A stretch of DNA of 64,000 nt from the NCBI GenBank assembly GCA_947628235.1, contig CANQZC010000006.1:8727-72726 (forward strand), written 5' to 3'. The DNA is from an uncultured Bacilli bacterium. GTDB lineage: Bacteria; Bacillota_I; Bacilli_A; RF39; UBA660. The position numbers and the translations under genes were made by a program. Under the pieces are notes generated by a model, which did no database searches, had not been told where the DNA came from, and was given only the letters and a program-made list of their open reading frames with translations. Position 1 is the stretch's first letter. Every line of letters starts with the position of its first letter. This document shows positions 60,137 to 64,000 of the stretch, in pieces.

Positions 60137-60203
60137 ATCAAACCTCTAACTATATAATTATACCATTAAAAGAAAAAGGAAGAATATTCTTCCAAGTAAA
60201 TAA

Positions 60204-60611
60204 CTAGTCTTTGTTACTTTTTAAATAAGAATATATTGGATAGTTAAATACACAAATCAGTAAACCAACAATACCTGTTATGATACCTATTAGTAGATCC
60301 GTTTTAGATGGATTTCCAACCATCACTTTACTCATACCAAATCCCATTACTAATGCTCCAACTATTCCGATTATCCAAGTAAATACAATCCCCCAATTGA
60401 TTGGTGCAGGTTCTTTTTTAGGACGATTACTTCTATAGACAGGAATAATGCAAAGTAGAATAATAAATCCTAAAATTGCTACAACAACACCTGCTTTAAA
60501 TAAATCCCACTCCGGTATTAAGCACATACACATCCCTATTGCAAATACTAAGCCGCCAATCGTTCCTAAAATAATTTCTAATAAAGTTTCCTTTTTCATA
60601 AATTCCTCCAT
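60204..60611 (-). CDS. small hypothetical membrane protein (4 TM)
   Basis: 135 aa hydrophobic ORF. Confidence 0.4.
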   Translation of the reverse strand: MEEFMKKETLLEIILGTIGGLVFAIGMCMCLIPEWDLFKAGVVVAILGFIILLCIIPVYRSNRPKKEPAPINWGIVFTWIIGIVGALVMGFGMSKVMVGNPSKTDLLIGIITGIVGLLICVFNYPIYSYLKSNKD

Positions 60612-60614
60612 ACT

Positions 60615-60854
60615 TTATTTCTCTAATTTTTCTTGTTGTTTTGCTTTTAATTCTTCTTGTTCTTTTTGTAATCTTGCTTTCGCTTCTTCGATTGATTCCC
60701 CGTCTTTTTTTAAAAAAGTATCCACAAATTTATCTTCCACTTTCTTGTAACCACCAACAACTGTACCTTCAATTTTTTTGTATCCTCCAACGACAGCCTT
60801 TTCTACTTTCTTATTCGCATCTACGATTTTAGACATCCAATCACTTCCTTTCAA
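60615..60854 (-). CDS. small hypothetical protein with duplicated VVGGYKK[IV]E motif
   Basis: 79 aa; 4-nt gap to downstream membrane gene. Confidence 0.35.
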   Translation of the reverse strand: MKGSDWMSKIVDANKKVEKAVVGGYKKIEGTVVGGYKKVEDKFVDTFLKKDGESIEEAKARLQKEQEELKAKQQEKLEK

Positions 60855-60958
60855 TAATAAGACACTTGTCTTTTTATTACAATTTTAGTATAATCTTTAC
60901 GAAAGAAAAATACAATCAACAATTTATAGACGATTGTCCAATTAAAAGGAGTGAATAT

Positions 60959-61501
60959 ATGAATACACCAAATAACAAACGAAGAAAAGAAACCAGAGAT
61001 AAAATCAGTAAGGTGTTTATCACTTTATTACAAACCAAAGAAATCACAGAAATATCTGTTACTGATATTTGTAAACTTGCCAAAATAAATCGTTCTACTT
61101 TTTATGTAAATTACCTCGATATATATGATTTAGCAGACAAGATTGGACAAGAGTTAGAGCGAGATGTTTTTTCTTTATATCAAGAAGAAAGAGAAACAAA
61201 TCATAATTCAAACGATTTTTTAAAACTATTTAAGCATATAAAAGAGAATCAAATATTTTATAAAACCTATTTTAAATTGAAAATGGATCAAAACCTTATC
61301 ACACAAGAATACGATTATCATTTATCAAAGGAATTATATGATGATAAATATATCGATTATCACATGGAATTTTTTAAGGCAGGACTAAATGCTATTATTA
61401 AAAAATGGCTTGATAATGGTTGCCAAGAATCACCTGAAGAAATAGAAAGTATATTAAAAAGTGAATATGCAAATAAAAAAAATGTCAAGAATGAAACTTG
61501 A
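60959..61501 (+). CDS. TetR/AcrR family transcriptional regulator (paralog of 43668..44219)
   Basis: HTH ISVTDICKLAKINRSTFYVNY; ATG 60959 after AAGGAG RBS. Confidence 0.8.
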   Translation: MNTPNNKRRKETRDKISKVFITLLQTKEITEISVTDICKLAKINRSTFYVNYLDIYDLADKIGQELERDVFSLYQEERETNHNSNDFLKLFKHIKENQIFYKTYFKLKMDQNLITQEYDYHLSKELYDDKYIDYHMEFFKAGLNAIIKKWLDNGCQESPEEIESILKSEYANKKNVKNET

Positions 61502-61507
61502 TATTTT

Positions 61508-62890
61508 TTATTGCTTTGTTCTTAGCTCCCATCTTAATAGGAATATTCCCATGAAAAAGGCTAAGATATCTGCAATTATCGCACTCCATAACATCGTTAT
61601 AACACTATGACTAAGCATTGCAATGAAAATAATAGCAGGAACAAAAAAGAGAACATCCCTAGAAAGAGCAAGCAAAGTAGATTTAAAACTAGCTCCCATA
61701 GATTGTAATAAAATAGATAATGATTTAATCATACAAGTAAAGATAATTCCCCCTAAGAAAATTCTTAAACAATATCTAGCATACTCCATATATTCTAAAG
61801 AATTTTCTTTGCCAAAGATACTAATAATGAAAGTTGGACAAAGTTCAAAAAGAAGAAATGCGATAGAACCAATCACAAAGTTAATCCCTAAAATATATTT
61901 TATGGTATCTTTTACTCTTTCAATATTCCCTGCTCCCATATTGTATCCAATAATAGGCATACCTCCTAAAGAAACACCAATTACAATAGATATTACGATA
62001 CCGAATACTTTCATACAAATACCAATGACGGCAAGTGGTGTTACTACCCCATAGGCTACCTCTCTACTAGATAATGTCATATATCCATATTTACCAACCA
62101 AATTATTAGCAACTGCAATAATGATTACAATAGCTAATTGAGTAATAAAAGACGCTAATCCTAAAGACACAACTTTCTTACATATTTTAGCATCCAACTT
62201 AATAGATTCTTTTTCTATCCTAAAAGATTTTGCTTTCCTCAAATACCAAATACTAATTAAGAAAGTAATGATTTGTCCAATGACTGTTGCAATCGCTGCT
62301 CCTTTGACACTCATTCTAAAAACAAAGATAAAGATGGCATCTAAAATAATATTAGAAATCGCACCAACAACCGTTGCAACCATCGCGTATTTGGGACTAC
62401 CATCACTTCGAATAGAAGCATTTAATCCTTGTCCAATGATATAAAAAGGTAAACCACAACAAATGATTTGAAAATAGTCTATCGCATATTGATAACATTT
62501 TACTTCTTTTGGATTTCCTCCAAAAAGATGTAAGATAGGCTTTTGAAATAGAAATCCTAAAACCGTTAAGAAAAGAGCGATGATAATCAAAAGAATAAGA
62601 CCATTTCCAATAGAATGATTTGCATCTTCTTTTTTCTTAGCTCCTAACGATAAACTAAAAAGAGCTGCAGCGCCATCTCCTATTAACAAAGAAAAAGCAA
62701 GAGCAATCACAGTAAAAGGATAAACGATATTCGTTGCTGCATTACCATACTCCCCTGCTTCACTCCATCCTATAAAGATTTGATCAGCAATATTATAAAG
62801 AGCCGCTACAATCATACTAATAACACAGGGAATAGCAAAGTTTCGAATTAATTTTGCAACGCTATCTTTCCCTAAATCTAATTTTTTCAC
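61508..62890 (-). CDS. MATE family efflux transporter
   Basis: 460 aa, 12 TM; N-terminal LIRNFAIP...AALYNIADQIFIG MATE signature; GTG start with AGGAGGG RBS. Confidence 0.85.
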   Translation of the reverse strand: MKKLDLGKDSVAKLIRNFAIPCVISMIVAALYNIADQIFIGWSEAGEYGNAATNIVYPFTVIALAFSLLIGDGAAALFSLSLGAKKKEDANHSIGNGLILLIIIALFLTVLGFLFQKPILHLFGGNPKEVKCYQYAIDYFQIICCGLPFYIIGQGLNASIRSDGSPKYAMVATVVGAISNIILDAIFIFVFRMSVKGAAIATVIGQIITFLISIWYLRKAKSFRIEKESIKLDAKICKKVVSLGLASFITQLAIVIIIAVANNLVGKYGYMTLSSREVAYGVVTPLAVIGICMKVFGIVISIVIGVSLGGMPIIGYNMGAGNIERVKDTIKYILGINFVIGSIAFLLFELCPTFIISIFGKENSLEYMEYARYCLRIFLGGIIFTCMIKSLSILLQSMGASFKSTLLALSRDVLFFVPAIIFIAMLSHSVITMLWSAIIADILAFFMGIFLLRWELRTKQ

Positions 62891-62914
62891 AAAAAATCCC
62901 TCCTCTATTTTGAG

Positions 62915-62960
62915 CGCAAAAAAATGCGTAAGTCTCTATTCAATTGGACTTACGCATTTC
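62915..62960 (-). terminator. intrinsic terminator hairpin inside the 5' leader of the MATE gene (putative attenuator)
   Basis: AAATGCGTAAGTC-N13-GACTTACGCATTT then U7, about 25 nt before RBS; promoter TTACAA-17-TGcTATAAT at about 63007-63040. Confidence 0.5.
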
Positions 62961-63104
62961 GCTACTCATTGATAAAATGGACTTTCATTTTTTGCTCAAT
63001 GAACCAATTATAGCACAAATTTTTATTTTTTGTAAGAAAAAATTTTTCGATAAATCTCTCTCTATTTTTTTCTTTTTGAATGTTTCTCTTTCGTTTACTC
63101 TCCC

Positions 63105-63737
63105 TTAAAATTCTTTTTTACGAAAGATTCTTTCAGATATTTTATATGATCCATAAACCATCAGAATAGCGATTGCTACTAAAATAATTAGGATATAATC
63201 TTCTAAGAAAGATAAGGTCTTCGCTAGAAATGAAAAATCTATATAAGGAAGTAGAAAACTACCTATAATTACTAACCCAAAAACAATCAGAAAAATTCCA
63301 ATTCTTGCTTTTTCAACTCCAAATTTATAAATGATAGGATACATAAAAGACAAGACGAGTAAAGTTCCAAAGATGGTACCAAACATGGTGACTAATATTT
63401 GTTCATAAGGAATCGTTTCCGTTCTCACATAAGAAATTAAAAAAGATAAAAGAAGAGTAATGAAAGAAACAGCAAAAGTCATGGCAAGAGTCGCTAAATA
63501 TTTTGATCTTACACTATTTTTTCTTCCATTAGGCATAGTAATAGAATAGGCATCCCACTTATTATAGTTATCATAACTAAAAGTAGAAATCATAATCATT
63601 ACGCACATAAATGGTAAGATAAAAGAAATATCCATTTCTCCTAAGAATCCCATAACTGTATATACAATAATTAATACTCCTAATAATTTAAAATTGCTTT
63701 TTATCATAGCAAAATCTTTTTTCATAAGTCCTATCAT
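63105..63737 (-). CDS. ABC-2 type membrane protein (putative permease partner of the upstream ATPase)
   Basis: 210 aa, 6 TM; start overlaps upstream stop (ATGA). Confidence 0.5.
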   Translation of the reverse strand: MIGLMKKDFAMIKSNFKLLGVLIIVYTVMGFLGEMDISFILPFMCVMIMISTFSYDNYNKWDAYSITMPNGRKNSVRSKYLATLAMTFAVSFITLLLSFLISYVRTETIPYEQILVTMFGTIFGTLLVLSFMYPIIYKFGVEKARIGIFLIVFGLVIIGSFLLPYIDFSFLAKTLSFLEDYILIILVAIAILMVYGSYKISERIFRKKEF

Positions 63738-64000
63738 TATTCTTCCCCCTTAATCATTAAAACCATTAAATCATCTAAAGTGATTTTATCGATAACGGCA
63801 ATATCATATTTTTCTTGAAAAGATTTTTTGTTAGGAATCAAGACTTCATATTCATATTTTGTCTTTTTATACTTGATATAATCTTCCTTATGAATTTGGC
63901 GAAACTCTTTTTCAGTACACTTTACAATACCATATTTATTTAATAATTCATCTGTTGTTTTTGAAAGAACAATTTCTCCTTGATTGATAAAGGTAATATA
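63737..64000 (-). CDS. partial CDS: C-terminal part of an ABC transporter ATP-binding protein (lantibiotic/bacitracin-immunity type)
   Basis: Minus-strand translation ITFINQGEIVLSKTTDELL...; continues beyond window end. Confidence 0.55.
   Translation of the reverse strand, partial: YITFINQGEIVLSKTTDELLNKYGIVKCTEKEFRQIHKEDYIKYKKTKYEYEVLIPNKKSFQEKYDIAVIDKITLDDLMVLMIKGEE

Noticed and set aside
1-64000. CRISPR arrays, transposases, integrases, rRNA
   Set aside because: No regularly spaced direct repeats, no DDE/tyrosine/serine recombinase-like ORFs and no rRNA-like conserved stretches were seen; only one tRNA.

Overview
This is a low-GC (about 30%) Firmicutes/Bacillota chromosomal segment, probably from a spore-former (spoVS and a YtxC-like gene) living in the gut (choloylglycine/bile-salt hydrolase). 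Almost every gene is on the minus strand, which suggests one replichore with leading-strand co-orientation. The core genes include the dnaB-dnaI-ytxC-thrS replication/aaRS block with a T-box leader, secG, two M16 peptidases, and a purine/pyrimidine nucleoside salvage cluster (add, deoD, pdp). The core block continues with rpoZ, ssb, a minimal sufU-x-sufB cluster, spoVS, a tRNA-Gly(UCC), rarA, an EndA-like nuclease, nagZ, trxB and 5-FTHF cyclo-ligase. Around these lie accessory modules. A hypothetical/GNAT/Zn-ribbon membrane trio sits beside the tRNA, and there are two OmpR-type two-component systems, one VanRS-like and one Bce-like with an FtsX/ABC exporter. There are also two paralogous TetR regulators, each next to an efflux pump (a giant MMPL protein with an internal repeat array, and a MATE pump whose leader carries a terminator). 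Further accessory modules are a flavodoxin/flavin-reductase/lipoprotein cluster and a group of GDPD, DUF1848, BSH and PdaC-like deacetylase genes. The most unusual structure is a ~3.6 kb cassette at 44.2-47.9 kb bounded by 32-nt direct repeats, each next to a palindromic terminator. It carries a WG-repeat protein, two membrane proteins driven by duplicated promoters with a (TA)10 tract between -35 and -10 (candidate phase-variable switch), and an extra HU paralog. The tRNA-Gly is flanked by inverted copies of its own anticodon-arm halves. No CRISPR array, transposase or integrase is visible. All functional calls come from reading motifs in the ORF translations, not from database searches.
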